A stretch of 63,875 nucleotides of DNA from Candidatus Caribbeanibacter nitroreducens (GCA_947581645.1 CANPVF010000022.1:1-63875); one strand, 5' to 3'; shown: positions 1 through 10,300, counted from the stretch's first letter. The notes: generated by a model from the letters alone, not told the origin. Numbers and translations are program-made.

Positions 1-481
1 CCCCGCCTCCCCCCGTTCCGAAGATCCGACCGGCCTCCGGCGCCGCCAGCCCCATGATCACGGTGGACAGGCCTGCGCTGACGAGGCACCAGCGGCAGAT
101 GGCCTCGATCACGAAGAGCTCGACCCAGGTCAGGTAGGCGCTGAACAGGAAGCCGCCGGCCGCCAGCGCCAGGAGGACGGAGGCGGGCCCCGGGACGCCG
201 GTGTTCTCGCCACCGGACGCGTCATCCTCGCCCCTCCCGGCCGCGTGGGCGCCCCACAGGGCCGCGCCCAGCACCGCCACGTACCATCCCGCGCCCCACC
301 CGGCCACCGGCACGCCCAGGAACCGGGCGTAGCTCGAGGCCTGCACGACGGAGCAGGAGCCCCCCTGCCCGCAGGCCAGGGTCCCGTAGATCCCGAGCTT
401 GTAGAACAGCAGGTAGAGGGAGACGAAGAGCCCCGGCACGGCGGCCAGGGCCACCGCCATCCGACGTCGCGCGGCGGTCAT
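1..481 (-). CDS. Vitamin K epoxide reductase (VKOR) family membrane disulfide oxidoreductase, 3' end outside window
   Basis: Manual translation from ATG at 481: MTAARRRMAVALAAVPGLFVSLYLLFYKLGIYGTLACGQGGSCSVVQASSYARFLGVPVAGWG...YLTWVELFVIEAICRWCLVSA. It shows the VKOR loop Cys pair, S-x-Y/GVPVA and the CxxC in a TM helix, and lies next to DsbA. Confidence 0.9.
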   Translation of the reverse strand, partial: MTAARRRMAVALAAVPGLFVSLYLLFYKLGIYGTLACGQGGSCSVVQASSYARFLGVPVAGWGAGWYVAVLGAALWGAHAAGRGEDDASGGENTGVPGPASVLLALAAGGFLFSAYLTWVELFVIEAICRWCLVSAGLSTVIMGLAAPEAGRIFGTGGGG

Positions 482-512
482 GATCGGCGCTCCGCCCGAG
501 GCGCGGGCCGGA

Positions 513-1274
513 TCAGCTGCCGCCCGCCCCGCCGCCGGACGTCCCGGAGCCCGAGACCTCCACGCCGGCCGAGTCCAGCTCGGCCCGGATGACCCGTGCC
601 AGGGTCTCGTAGTTCGGCACTCCGGGCAGCCTCTCGCCGTTGACGAAGATCGTCGGCGTGCCGCTCACCCCGACCCGCTCCCCGTAGGCCCGGGAGGCCT
701 GGATGCGCTCCAGGGGGCGCTGCTCCTCCACGCAGGTCCGGAACCGGTTCGCCTCGAGCCCCATGCTCTCGGCCTGGTCCACGAAGACGCCGGTGGGATC
801 GCCCTCCCGGCCCCACGCCGACTGGTTCGCCAGGAGCCAGTTGTGCATCTCCCAGAAGGAGCCCTGGTTGCCGGCGCACCGCGCCGCCACGGCGGCGGGC
901 ATGGAGTTCGGGAAGCTCCCCAGCGGGAAGTCGAAGTGCACCCACCGCACGACGCCCCGGTCCTGCACGAAGTTCTGCTTCGCCAGCTTCCCGGTGAAGC
1001 CCTGGAAGTTGGCGCAGTGGGGACACTGGTAGTCCGCGAACTCCGCCACGGTCACCGGCGCGTCGCTCGGTCCCATGACCACGCCGGCGCTCGGGTCCGC
1101 CTCGGCGGCGCTCACGGGCGCCGGCTGGCCACCCGACTGGCCACCGGTGGAGCCGTTTCCGCCTCGGGCCATCCACAGCGCCGCGCCGCCGCCCACCACG
1201 AGCAGTGCCAGCACGGTGTAGAAGATCTTCCCCGGTCCGCCGCTCCCGCCGGAGCCCTGTCCCTGGTTTGCCAC
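513..1274 (-). CDS. DsbA/DsbG-like thioredoxin-fold protein, membrane anchored
   Basis: N-terminal TM, EFADYQCPHC active site, HFDFPL, GVSGTPTIFVNG cis-Pro loop. Confidence 0.92.
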   Translation of the reverse strand: MANQGQGSGGSGGPGKIFYTVLALLVVGGGAALWMARGGNGSTGGQSGGQPAPVSAAEADPSAGVVMGPSDAPVTVAEFADYQCPHCANFQGFTGKLAKQNFVQDRGVVRWVHFDFPLGSFPNSMPAAVAARCAGNQGSFWEMHNWLLANQSAWGREGDPTGVFVDQAESMGLEANRFRTCVEEQRPLERIQASRAYGERVGVSGTPTIFVNGERLPGVPNYETLARVIRAELDSAGVEVSGSGTSGGGAGGS

Positions 1275-1378
1275 GTCGTCGTCCCTCGCTGGTTGTCAGA
1301 ATTCGAATTCGGAATTCACCGATCGGATGCGAGACTGCCGCTGGCACGTACCCCGGACCGCCGGCAGGGATCGGCCCG

Positions 1379-2755
1379 TCAGCGCAGGAGGAAGAGGGCC
1401 GCGGTCCCCACCACCAGGGCGGTTCCCAGGGCGATCAGCACCAGCTGCACCCACTCGGGCACCCGCCGGCGCTCCATGGACGCCACGTCGGAGAGCCGGG
1501 AGAGGAGCGTGGAGGACCACGTGCGCCGGATCTCCTCCAGCGCCTCCCCCCAGGCCTCCTCGTATCCCCGATCCACCCGGCGGAGGGCCCCTCGCCACTC
1601 CTCGGCCAGCTCCTCCACGCCGCGGTCGCTGCCGTCCGGCGGGCCCTCGGCCAGCACCTCCAGCCGCGTCAGGAGCTTCGTCTGCGCCTCCTCCAGCTCC
1701 CGGAAGCGAGGCGCCAGCTTGTCGAAGGGCGCCTGGGCCCGGGTCGTGAGGTCCGCCCGCTCGTCCTCGGTCAGCGCCAGATCCGAGCGCAGCGCGCCCG
1801 GGGCCCGACGGTCCTCGATGAGCCGCCCGAGGTGCTCCCGGTAGGCCTCGTCCAGGCGGCTCACGGCACGGGCCACGGCGGCCCGCGTGTCCTCCTGCAG
1901 CTCGCCGGCGTCCAGGGCCCGTGCCGCCCGCTCCAGGCCCTGCGCCCCGGACGCGGCGGACTTCCGCAGCAGGAGGGGCCCGAGGGCGATCTCCCCCAGC
2001 TCCAGAAAATGCATCTCGAAGAAGTGGTCGGGGAGGAAGTCGCGATCGCTCTCCGGCGGCATCTCGTCCGCCTCCCGCCGGGCGGCGGGCTGCAGGGACC
2101 CGGCGGCGGTGGAGAGCTCCGGGAGCTCCGCCGGCGGGGGCGGCGCCACCTCGCTGCGCGAGAAGAGCTCCAGGGAGCCCCCGTCGTCGGATCGGCGGGC
2201 CGCCTCCAGGGCCTGCTCGCGCTCCTCCGGGAAGAGGTAGACCAGCTCGAGGCGATCCTCGCCGTCGGCCAGAACCAGGCGGTCCCGGAAGTGGCTCTCC
2301 GGATCGGAGACGACCTCCGCCTCGTCCACGGGGAAGGAGAGCTCCCGGTGGGTGTCGCCGGCGAAGAGGTGAAGGCCCTCCCGCGTGGCCACGACCACGT
2401 GCAGCCCCTCGATGGGAGCGCCGTCCAGGCGCCCCCGGGCCGCGGCGGCCGCGGCGAAGAGGACGACTTCCTCCGTCAGGGGGTCCAGCAGCCGTCTCCG
2501 CTGCTCCCGCGGCTCGACGCGCGCCGTGACGCGACGCTGCAGGGCGTCCAGCTCCTCGGGCTCCCCCTGGAAGGCGATGGTCTTCTCGCGGGCGAAGAGC
2601 AGGAGGAGGCCGGCCCGACGTGCCGTCCAGAACACGGAGCCGTCGGCCACCTTCTCGTCGCCGACCCGGAGCGCCGCGGCCTCCATCGTCACCGGGACGT
2701 CGCGCCGCACGCCGCCGCCCTCGATGCGGACGTCGAAGGTGTACCGGTCGCTCAC
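1379..2755 (-). CDS. Hypothetical protein with helical/coiled-coil C-half and C-terminal TM anchor
   Basis: Acidic, protein-like composition; start overlaps the stop of the upstream HAD gene; terminal hydrophobic helix VQLVLIALGTALVVGTAALFLLR. Confidence 0.75.
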   Translation of the reverse strand: MSDRYTFDVRIEGGGVRRDVPVTMEAAALRVGDEKVADGSVFWTARRAGLLLLFAREKTIAFQGEPEELDALQRRVTARVEPREQRRRLLDPLTEEVVLFAAAAAARGRLDGAPIEGLHVVVATREGLHLFAGDTHRELSFPVDEAEVVSDPESHFRDRLVLADGEDRLELVYLFPEEREQALEAARRSDDGGSLELFSRSEVAPPPPAELPELSTAAGSLQPAARREADEMPPESDRDFLPDHFFEMHFLELGEIALGPLLLRKSAASGAQGLERAARALDAGELQEDTRAAVARAVSRLDEAYREHLGRLIEDRRAPGALRSDLALTEDERADLTTRAQAPFDKLAPRFRELEEAQTKLLTRLEVLAEGPPDGSDRGVEELAEEWRGALRRVDRGYEEAWGEALEEIRRTWSSTLLSRLSDVASMERRRVPEWVQLVLIALGTALVVGTAALFLLR

Positions 2756-3468
2756 GATTCCGCCGCCCCGCCGGAGGCGAGCACGTCGATCACGGCGACG
2801 GTGTCCGACAGGTCGTCGAAGACGTGGTCCGGGTCGTGATCGGCCAGCTCCGACCGCCGGTGGCGGCCCGTGGCCACGGTCACGGCCCGAACCCCGGAGG
2901 CGCGCGCACAGCGCACGTCCTCGGGCGTGTCGCCGATGACCACCGCCTCGCCGGGGGCGTACTCCCGCCCCAGCTGGCGGGCGGCGCGGCGCAGGGCCAG
3001 GGGCGGCAGGTCTTCCCGGAGGGCGGAATCAGACCCGAAGGCGCCGAAGCCGAAGTGGTCCGCCAGGTCGGCGGCCTCCAGCTTGTGCCACGCGCCGGCG
3101 GCCACGTTTCCCGTGACCAGGGCCAGCGTGAAGCGCGGATCCCCCGCCAGGGACTCCAGGAGCTCGACGACGCCGGGGTAGGCCGACACGCGCCCCCGCC
3201 GCCTGCGGTCCTCCAGCTCCTCGGCGAGCGCCCGCAGGTAGGAGTCCCACACGCCCTCCAGGCGGTCCTCGACCTCCTCCTCGCGGCGGCCGGCCTCCCG
3301 CATCAGGCCACGCACGATGGCCGGGTCCGTCCGGCCGTGGAAATCGAAGTCGTCGATGGGGCCCGTCTCCCCGAAGACCGCGAGCAGGGCGCGGCGGAGG
3401 GCCTCGCGGCCGGCACCGGCGGTATCCACGAGGGTGCCGTCGATGTCGAAGAGGAGGAGCCGGTTCAC
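2752..3468 (-). CDS. HAD-superfamily hydrolase (phosphoglycolate phosphatase-like)
   Basis: LLLFDIDGTLVD motif I, VTGN motif II, VIGDTPED motif IV. Confidence 0.92.
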   Translation of the reverse strand: MNRLLLFDIDGTLVDTAGAGREALRRALLAVFGETGPIDDFDFHGRTDPAIVRGLMREAGRREEEVEDRLEGVWDSYLRALAEELEDRRRRGRVSAYPGVVELLESLAGDPRFTLALVTGNVAAGAWHKLEAADLADHFGFGAFGSDSALREDLPPLALRRAARQLGREYAPGEAVVIGDTPEDVRCARASGVRAVTVATGRHRRSELADHDPDHVFDDLSDTVAVIDVLASGGAAES

Positions 3469-4445
3469 GGGCTCTCCCCCCGGCCCGCCGGGACCGCCCG
3501 CTCCACGGCGCGCTCCGCGGCGACCTGAACGGCGGCGCCCAGCCCCATCAGCTCCGACGTCCCCTCGCCGGCCACGCCGTCCGCGGCGACCCCGTCGTCG
3601 CCCCCGAGGCCGCCGGTGGAGAGGGCGAAGGCGATGTCCCCGTCCACCTGCGTCCCGGCGGGAGCGATCCGCCGCGTGAGGCCGTTCATGGCCTGCTTGG
3701 CCAGCAGCCGGAGCCCGGAGCGGGACACGGCGCGGTCGGTGGCCACGACCAGGAGGGTGGTGTTGCGTCCCGCCGGGGAGGCTCCCCCCGGCCTCGCCCC
3801 CGCGGCCAGCGTGCGGAGCGTGTCCAGGTGCTCGCCGTCCTCGCCGCGGGCGCCGGACAGGACCCTGCCGTCGCCGCCGACCACGTCCCCGAAGGCGTTC
3901 ACCACGGCCAGGGCGCCCACGGCGTGCTCCCGCTGGCGCAGGGCCCAGCTGCCGACCCCGCCGGCCCCGGCGCCCGCGTCGCCCCGGAGGTTGCCCACCG
4001 TGGCCCCGGTCCCCGCCCCGACCGCGCCCTCCGGCACCGGACCCTCGCCGGCGGCGTCCGCGGCCCGGCGACCCATGGCGGGGCCCGGCCGCACCGAGCC
4101 GTCACCGACCCCGAGGTCGTAGAGCACGGCCGCCGGCACGATGGGGACCCGGGCCGCCGGCGTCTCGAAGCCGCGCCCCCGCTCCTCGAGCCACTCCACG
4201 ACGCCCTGCGCCGCCGCCAGCCCGAAGGCCGACCCGCCCGTGAGGAGGAGAGCGTCGACCCGGGAGACCACGTGATCGCCGTGGAGCACGTCCATCTCGC
4301 GGCTCCCCGTGGCGTGGCCGCGGACCTCGGCGGCGGCCCGGAACGGGCCCACGACGGCCGTGCATCCGGTCCGTGCCTCCGCGTCCCGGGCGTGTCCGAC
4401 CGAGAGGCCGTCGACGGCGGTCAGCGTCCGGCCAGGCTCTCCCAA
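3465..4445 (-). CDS. P1/DmpA (peptidase S58) family protein
   Basis: C-terminal part of ORF 3465..6164: LTAVDGLSVGH, TGCT, LTGGSAFGL, VPIVPAAVLYDL, GAGTGA, VVNAFGDV, NTT, DGD. TTG start at 4445 inferred from an upstream GGAGG. Confidence 0.88.
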   Translation of the reverse strand: MGEPGRTLTAVDGLSVGHARDAEARTGCTAVVGPFRAAAEVRGHATGSREMDVLHGDHVVSRVDALLLTGGSAFGLAAAQGVVEWLEERGRGFETPAARVPIVPAAVLYDLGVGDGSVRPGPAMGRRAADAAGEGPVPEGAVGAGTGATVGNLRGDAGAGAGGVGSWALRQREHAVGALAVVNAFGDVVGGDGRVLSGARGEDGEHLDTLRTLAAGARPGGASPAGRNTTLLVVATDRAVSRSGLRLLAKQAMNGLTRRIAPAGTQVDGDIAFALSTGGLGGDDGVAADGVAGEGTSELMGLGAAVQVAAERAVERAVPAGRGESP

Positions 4446-5212
4446 GAGACCTCCGGCCGGGCCCGCGAGCGGGCGGTCCGTATCACTTCCTCGCCGAACC
4501 GTCGGAAGAGGGCGGCGTCGAATCCGGCGCTCCCGTCGCCCAGCATCCGCTCCGGGTGCCACTGCACGCCCACCGTCCACGCGTCCCCCTCCCCCGCCCC
4601 GATCTCGATGGCCTCCACCAGCCCGTCCTCGGCCCGGCCCACGGGACGTATGCCGTCGCCCAGCGTCCGGATGCCCTGGTGGTGGGCGGAGTTGGTCATC
4701 ATGCCCTCGTCGGGGACCAGCCCGCGGAGCCAGCGCGTCCCCTCCTCGAAGCGCACCGGGTGGATCTCCCGGTCGAACATCTCGAACCGGTCGTGCGCCA
4801 GGCTCCCGTCCCGCTGCCGATCCAGGTCCTGGTACAGGCTGCCGCCGCGGAGGACGTTCAGGAGCTGCATCCCGCGACAGATCGCCAGGATCGGAATGTC
4901 GCGCTCCAGCGCACGGCCCGCCATGTCCATCTCCAGCGCATCCCGCTCCGGAGAGACGTCCCGGGAGCCGGCGGACTCCTCGCCGTAGTTCGACGGATCC
5001 AGGTCCTCGCCGCCGGTGAGGAGCAGCCCGTCGGCCATGGCGAACAGGCGGTCGGCGTAGTCCGGGTCCAGCGCCGTGGAGAGGGTCAGGGTGCTGCACC
5101 CGGTCATCTGGAGGCCGCGCTGGTAGCCGGCCTCGGTGATGATCTGCGGAATGCCGATATCGCTGGCCCGGACCGGTACCGTGACGGCGATGAAGACCTC
5201 TCTCTCGGTCAT
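4421..5212 (-). CDS. Gamma-glutamyl-gamma-aminobutyrate hydrolase family (peptidase C26, PuuD-like)
   Basis: DGLLLTGGEDLDP, PILAICRGMQLLNV, GGSLYQD, NSAHHQ, GVQWHPE. Confidence 0.92.
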   Translation of the reverse strand: MTEREVFIAVTVPVRASDIGIPQIITEAGYQRGLQMTGCSTLTLSTALDPDYADRLFAMADGLLLTGGEDLDPSNYGEESAGSRDVSPERDALEMDMAGRALERDIPILAICRGMQLLNVLRGGSLYQDLDRQRDGSLAHDRFEMFDREIHPVRFEEGTRWLRGLVPDEGMMTNSAHHQGIRTLGDGIRPVGRAEDGLVEAIEIGAGEGDAWTVGVQWHPERMLGDGSAGFDAALFRRFGEEVIRTARSRARPEVSWESLAGR

Positions 5213-5260
5213 GCGATTGCTTCGGTTCGTCTCCCGTTCGGGTTCCTCCGTTCCGCCACT

Positions 5261-6346
5261 CTACGCCTCGATCAGCCAGCGGCCGAGCAGGTCCATGTCG
5301 ACGTTGCCGCCGGACAGGACGGCCACCGTGGCGCCCTCCGCCGGGTCCAGCGGGTGCCCGGGAACCCGGCCCGACGCCAGGGCCGCGACGGTGGCGGCGC
5401 CGCTGGGCTCCACCACCAGGTGCTCGCGGGCGCACCACACCGTGGCCTCCCGGATCGCCCGGTCGGTCACGGTCACCACCTCGTCCACCAGCTCCCGGAC
5501 GTGCCGGAAGGTCACGTCGCCCGGGCGCACCGGCTTCAGGCCGTCCGCGATGGAGTCGACCTCGTCCAGGGTCACGGGCTCCCCGGCGTCCAGCGACGCC
5601 TTCATGGAGGCCGCCCCCTCGGGCTCGACCCCCACCACCCGGCACTCCGGCGCCAGGTCCCGGATCGCCGCCGCCGTGCCGGACAGCAGCCCGCCCCCGC
5701 CGATGGGGACCACCACGAGGCCCGGGCTGGAGGCCGCCTCGTCCGGGTCCCCGCCGGAACGGCGGGCGTCCTCCCGCAGCTGCTCGACGATCTCCAGGCC
5801 GACGGTGCCCTGTCCGGCGATGATGTCCCGGTGATCGAAGGGGGGCACCACCGTGTAGCCCTCCTCGGCGGCGATCTCCAGGGCCCGTCCCTTCCGCTCC
5901 TCGGTGGTGTAGCCCTCGAAGACGATCCTGCCGCCCAGGGCCCGGGTCGCCTCCCGCTTCACCTCCGGCGCGTCCTCGGGCATGACGATGAGAGCCTCGA
6001 GCCCGAACTCCCGGGCCGCGTAGGCCACCCCCTGGGCGTGGTTGCCCGAGGAGAAGGTGATCAGACCCGCCTCGCGCTCCTCGGGCGAGAGCCGGGAGAC
6101 GAAGTTGTAGGCGCCGCGGACCTTGAACGCGCCGCCGTGCTGCAGGCTCTCGCACTTGAGCCACACCGGACGCCCGCGCCCTTCCTCCCCGTCCCCACCC
6201 AGCTCCGTGGGGTGGAGCGGGGTCCGGCGGGGCACGCCGCGGAGGCGCTCCGCCGCCGCCCGGATCTCGTCCAGTCCGACCAGGTCGTCGTCCGCCCGCT
6301 CTCCCCGGGCTCCGGGCTCCGTCGCGTGGTCCGTCCGTCCGCTCAT
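5261..6346 (-). CDS. PLP-dependent threonine/serine dehydratase (no ACT domain)
   Basis: [17 protein letters not shown] (PLP Lys), [31 protein letters not shown]. Confidence 0.92.
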   Translation of the reverse strand: MSGRTDHATEPGARGERADDDLVGLDEIRAAAERLRGVPRRTPLHPTELGGDGEEGRGRPVWLKCESLQHGGAFKVRGAYNFVSRLSPEEREAGLITFSSGNHAQGVAYAAREFGLEALIVMPEDAPEVKREATRALGGRIVFEGYTTEERKGRALEIAAEEGYTVVPPFDHRDIIAGQGTVGLEIVEQLREDARRSGGDPDEAASSPGLVVVPIGGGGLLSGTAAAIRDLAPECRVVGVEPEGAASMKASLDAGEPVTLDEVDSIADGLKPVRPGDVTFRHVRELVDEVVTVTDRAIREATVWCAREHLVVEPSGAATVAALASGRVPGHPLDPAEGATVAVLSGGNVDMDLLGRWLIEA

Positions 6347-8853
6347 TCGTCTCCCGCTTCCTCGGCGGCGATCTCTTCGGCGAGCTCCTCCACGGCCTCC
6401 GGGCCCTCCGCCGGCTCCTCGGCCTCGCCGGGGAGCATGCGGGCCACGTCGACCACCTCGTCCCCCTCGTCCAGCGTCACCAGCCGCACGCCCTGGGTGT
6501 TGCGGCCGATCACCCTGATCTCTCCCGCCTGCTGGCGGTTCACGACACCGTTCCGGGTGGCCAGGATCAGCTCGTCCTCGTCGTTGACCTCCTTCACCGC
6601 CACCACCCGCCCGGTCTTCTCGCTGAGGCGGAAGTTGATCAGGCCCTTCCCGCCCCGGTGCTGCGGCCGGTAGTCCTCGATGGCCGTGCGCTTGCCCAGG
6701 CCCTGGTCGGTGACCGACAGGAGGCTGGCCTTCCGTCGGACCACGACCATTCCCACCACCTGGTCGTCCTCCTCCAGGTCGATGCCCCGTACTCCCTGGG
6801 TGGGGCGTCCCTGCCGGCGGACGTCGTCCAGCGGGAAGCGGATCGCCATCCCCCTGGCCGTGGCGAGGATGACGCTCTGGTCGCCGGTGGCCAGCTGGGC
6901 GTCGATGAGCTCGTCGCCCTCCCTGATGCTGATGGCCCGGATGCCCGTGGAGAGGATGTTCTCGTACTCCCCGAGGCTCGTCCGCTTCACCGTCCCGGCC
7001 CGGGTGGCGAAGACCAGATCGCGGTCCTCGTCGAATTCGCGCACGGGGACCGTGGACGCGATCGTCTCGTCCTTGTCGATGCGGAGCAGGTTCACGATGG
7101 GCTTGCCGCGGGCCGTCCGGCTGGCCTGCGGAATCTCGTAGACCTTGAGCTGATAGACCTGCCCGTCGTCCGTGAAGAAGAGCAGGTGGTCGTGGGTGGA
7201 GGCCAGGAAGACGTGCTGCACCCAGTCCTCGTCCTTGGTCCCCATGCCGGAGACCCCCCGGCCGCCCCGCCGCTGGCTGCGGTACGTGTCCGCCGCGATC
7301 CGCTTCACGTAGCCGTCGTGGGAGACCGTGATCACCATCTCCTCCTCGGCGATCAGGTCCTCCTCGGCCAGGTCCACCGGGGCGTCGACGACCCGGGTCC
7401 GCCGCTCGTCGCCGTACTCCTCGGCCAGCTCGACGAGCTCGCCGCGGACGATGTCCATGCGCTGCTCGCGGGAGGCCAGGATCGTCTCCAGGCGGGCCAC
7501 CGTGTCCCGGACCTCGTCCAGCTCCTCCTGGAGCTTCTCGATCTCGAGCCCGGTGAGGCGGCCGAGCCGCATGTTGAGGATGGCGTCGGACTGCCGCTCG
7601 CTCAGGTCGTACGTCTCGCGGAGCTTCTCGCCGGCGTCGCCCCGATCCTCGGCGCCGCGGATGATCTCGATCACGTCGTCGATGTGGTCCGTGGCCGTCT
7701 TGAGCCCCTCGAGCACGTGCTCGCGGTCCCGGGCGTTCGACAGCCGGTACTCGGAGCGGCGCTCCACCACGTCGTGGCGGTGCTCCAGGAAGTGGGACAG
7801 CATCTCCTTGAGCGACATGACCTTCGGCTGTCCGTCCACCAGGGCCAGCATGATCGCGCCGAAGGTCGACTGGAGCTGCGTCTGCTTGTACAGCTTGTTC
7901 AGGACGATCCGCGGGATGGCGTCGCGCTTCAGCTCGATCACGAGCCGGATGCCGTCCCGGTCCGACTCGTCCCGGAGGTCGGCGATCTGCTCCACCTTCT
8001 TCTGGCGCACCAGGTCGGCGATCTGCTCCACCACGCGCGTCTTGTTCACCATGAACGGGATCTCGGTGACGACGATGCGCTCCCCGCCGTGCTCCCGCTC
8101 CTCGATGTGGGCGCGGGCCCGCATCACCATGCGGCCCCGTCCCGTCTCGTAGGCCTCGCGGATGCCGTCCACCCCGTGGACGTAGCCGCCGGTGGGGAAG
8201 TCCGGCCCCTTCACGTAGTCGGTGAGATCCGAGACGGAGCAGTCGGGATGGTCGATGAGGTGCTCGCAGGCCTCGACGACCTCGCCCAGGTTGTGGGGCG
8301 GGATGTTGGTGGCCATGCCCACCGCGATGCCCGAGGAGCCGTTCACCAGCAGGTTCGGCAGCCGGGAGGGCAGGACCGTCGGCTCCTCGAGGCGGCCGTC
8401 GAAGTTCTCGCGGAACTCGACGGTCTCCTCGTCGATGTCCGCCAGCATCTCGGTGGCCAGGTCGGCCAGCCGGGCCTCGGTGTACCGGTAGGCCGCGGCG
8501 CTGTCACCGTCGATGGAGCCGAAGTTGCCCTGGCCGTCCACCATCGGATAGCGGAGGGAGAACTCCTGGGCCATGCGCACCAGGGAGTCGTAGACGGCGC
8601 TGTCGCCGTGCGGGTGGTACTTCCCCAGCACCTCGCCGACCACGGTGGCGCTCTTCTTGTGCCCACCGCTCGGCGTCAGGCCGAGGTCGTGCATGGCGTA
8701 CAGGATGCGCCGGTGCACCGGCTTGAGCCCGTCCCGGACGTCGGGCAGGGCCCGCTGCACGATGACGCTCATCGAGTAATCGATGAACGACTCGCGCATC
8801 TCGTCCTCGAGGAGACGGGATTCGACGCGGTCCGGACGCTCCGAATTCTCCAT
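6343..8853 (-). CDS. gyrA: DNA gyrase subunit A
   Basis: [37 protein letters not shown], GyrA-box QRRGGRG and C-terminal pinwheel repeats. Start set at the ATG at 8853. Confidence 0.97.
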   Translation of the reverse strand: MENSERPDRVESRLLEDEMRESFIDYSMSVIVQRALPDVRDGLKPVHRRILYAMHDLGLTPSGGHKKSATVVGEVLGKYHPHGDSAVYDSLVRMAQEFSLRYPMVDGQGNFGSIDGDSAAAYRYTEARLADLATEMLADIDEETVEFRENFDGRLEEPTVLPSRLPNLLVNGSSGIAVGMATNIPPHNLGEVVEACEHLIDHPDCSVSDLTDYVKGPDFPTGGYVHGVDGIREAYETGRGRMVMRARAHIEEREHGGERIVVTEIPFMVNKTRVVEQIADLVRQKKVEQIADLRDESDRDGIRLVIELKRDAIPRIVLNKLYKQTQLQSTFGAIMLALVDGQPKVMSLKEMLSHFLEHRHDVVERRSEYRLSNARDREHVLEGLKTATDHIDDVIEIIRGAEDRGDAGEKLRETYDLSERQSDAILNMRLGRLTGLEIEKLQEELDEVRDTVARLETILASREQRMDIVRGELVELAEEYGDERRTRVVDAPVDLAEEDLIAEEEMVITVSHDGYVKRIAADTYRSQRRGGRGVSGMGTKDEDWVQHVFLASTHDHLLFFTDDGQVYQLKVYEIPQASRTARGKPIVNLLRIDKDETIASTVPVREFDEDRDLVFATRAGTVKRTSLGEYENILSTGIRAISIREGDELIDAQLATGDQSVILATARGMAIRFPLDDVRRQGRPTQGVRGIDLEEDDQVVGMVVVRRKASLLSVTDQGLGKRTAIEDYRPQHRGGKGLINFRLSEKTGRVVAVKEVNDEDELILATRNGVVNRQQAGEIRVIGRNTQGVRLVTLDEGDEVVDVARMLPGEAEEPAEGPEAVEELAEEIAAEEAGDE

Positions 8854-9135
8854 AGACAGTGCTCGCGTGCCTGTGTGTGGCAGGTCGTGCTCGGAAGGCC
8901 GGGACGGGTGCATCCCGGAGACCGACGGACGGGACGTGGCTCGAGCCTCGTCCCGCTGGTGCGGCGGATGAACAGGGTCCGACCGTCATGGACCCGGGCC
9001 CGCCTAAACTAGGCCGACGCCGTCGCGCGCGCGAATGGCAAAGGCCCGCCGCGGCGGGAGTTACCGCCGCGTGCGGGCCCTGTCACGCACGTCCGGGGAT
9101 CCGGACGTGCTTCCGGGGGGAGGGAGCGGCGAGCC

Positions 9136-9570
9136 TCAGCCGGCGAAGTCCTCCAGGATCATGCGGATCTCGTCCCGGTGCTCCTCCTCGTCGGCGATCA
9201 CGTCTTCCAGACGCACCGTCAGGCCCGTCTCTCCGGCGGCCTCGGCCTGCTTCACCCGCTGCTTGTAGCGCTGGATGGTGTCCTTCTCGGCCTGGAGCGC
9301 GATCTCCAGCTGCTCGCGGTTGGAGGAGCCGAGCTCCACGTCGGCGGGCTCCGTCGTGGGCTCGCCGCCGAGCGCGACGATCTTGCTCGTCAGGAACTGG
9401 GCGTGGCCCAGCTCGTCCTGGATCTCCCCCTCGAAGAACTCCTTGAGCTCCGGGCGGCTGGCCCCCGTCATCATCTCCGCGCCCACGAGGTAGTGGATCA
9501 CGGCCTGGAATTCGGCGGCCAGGTCTTCGTTCAGCCCGTCGATGAGCTCCTGCGTGGCCTGGTCGGACAT
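9136..9570 (-). CDS. Ferritin-like / bacterioferritin-family protein
   Basis: LNEDLAAEFQAVIHY, DELGHA, EKDTIQRY, DEEEH di-iron ligand pattern; ATG at 9570 preceded by GGGAG. Confidence 0.9.
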   Translation of the reverse strand: MSDQATQELIDGLNEDLAAEFQAVIHYLVGAEMMTGASRPELKEFFEGEIQDELGHAQFLTSKIVALGGEPTTEPADVELGSSNREQLEIALQAEKDTIQRYKQRVKQAEAAGETGLTVRLEDVIADEEEHRDEIRMILEDFAG

Positions 9571-9680
9571 GGGATCTCCCTTCACTGGTTGTCGGCTTCG
9601 TTGGACTCGGGTGCCGGTCGTCTCGCGGCCGGCGGGCGCGTTCGCGGCGGGTCCGGGAAGGGACCCGGGCCTGCCACGCA

Positions 9681-9703
9681 TTATCAATAACGATTATTGA
9701 TAA
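9681..9703. promoter_or_regulatory. Perfect AT-rich inverted repeat TTATCAATAA-CGA-TTATTGATAA, Fur-family box candidate
   Basis: Seen directly. AT-rich island upstream of the ferritin-like gene with a 7-1-7 core CAATAAC-G-ATTATTG; a similar motif lies upstream of fur. Confidence 0.7.
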
Positions 9704-9785
9704 GTGCAACAACCGTTCCCCGGCCTCCGGGACGCCGCACCGCACTCCTCCTTGAGCCCGGGCCGGGCCCGTCCTACCTTGGCGC

Positions 9786-9810
9786 CTCGTTGAAACTGAT
9801 TCTCAACGAG
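9786..9810. promoter_or_regulatory. Inverted repeat CTCGTTGA-N9-TCAACGAG containing TGAAACT-G-ATTCTCA, Fur-family box candidate
   Basis: 7-1-7 resemblance to TGATAAT-N-ATTATCA; 13 bp are identical (reverse complement) to 37580-37592 upstream of fur. Confidence 0.7.
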
Positions 9811-9886
9811 ATGGTATGACGCCCCCGGACTCGCCGCCGGGACTCGGATCCTGGACTCACGGACCACACCACTCACGGACGACACG

Positions 9887-10300
9887 ATGCTATCTGACGT
9901 CGCAGCCTCCCTGGACCGCACCGCTCTCTCGAACTTCATCGACCGCTTCGAGGCGGGCCGTGTGCAGCGTCGGCCCCGACTCCGCTTCGTGGACCGCGCC
10001 GGCCGTGCCTGTCCCGCCGCGGCCCTGGTCGGCGCCGACAGCTCGGCCGACTTCATGAACGGAGAGTCGGGGCGCCGGTTCCGGGGAAGCGTGCTGGAGC
10101 GGGTGTCCCGTGCCTTCGAGGACGGGGACCTGGACGTGAGCGCCCTGTACCGGGAGTGCCTGCTGGAGCGGGCCCGGCGTGACGCCGACGCGCCTCACGC
10201 CACCGCCCGGAAGTCCCGGAGCTCCCGCAGCCCCATCGCCGCGAGCTCCTCGCGGATCTCGTCCCGGGCCCCGGGGGCGCCCACCGCCACCAGCACGTAG
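9887..10300 (+). CDS. Hypothetical protein divergent from the ferritin-like gene
   Basis: Protein-like composition (MLSDVAASLDRTALSNFIDRFEAG...CPAAAL...); fills an otherwise empty gap; the 3' end overlaps the convergent glycosyltransferase by about 100 bp. Confidence 0.6.
   Translation: MLSDVAASLDRTALSNFIDRFEAGRVQRRPRLRFVDRAGRACPAAALVGADSSADFMNGESGRRFRGSVLERVSRAFEDGDLDVSALYRECLLERARRDADAPHATARKSRSSRSPIAASSSRISSRAPGAPTATST

Noticed and set aside
3465-6164. 899-aa ORF as a single fusion protein (likewise 11226..14099, 30034..33300, 42476..47086, 50223..53051, 57346..59376)
   Set aside because: The N-terminal parts are Arg/Gly/Pro-rich alternate frames over real genes; only the C-terminal parts are protein-like.
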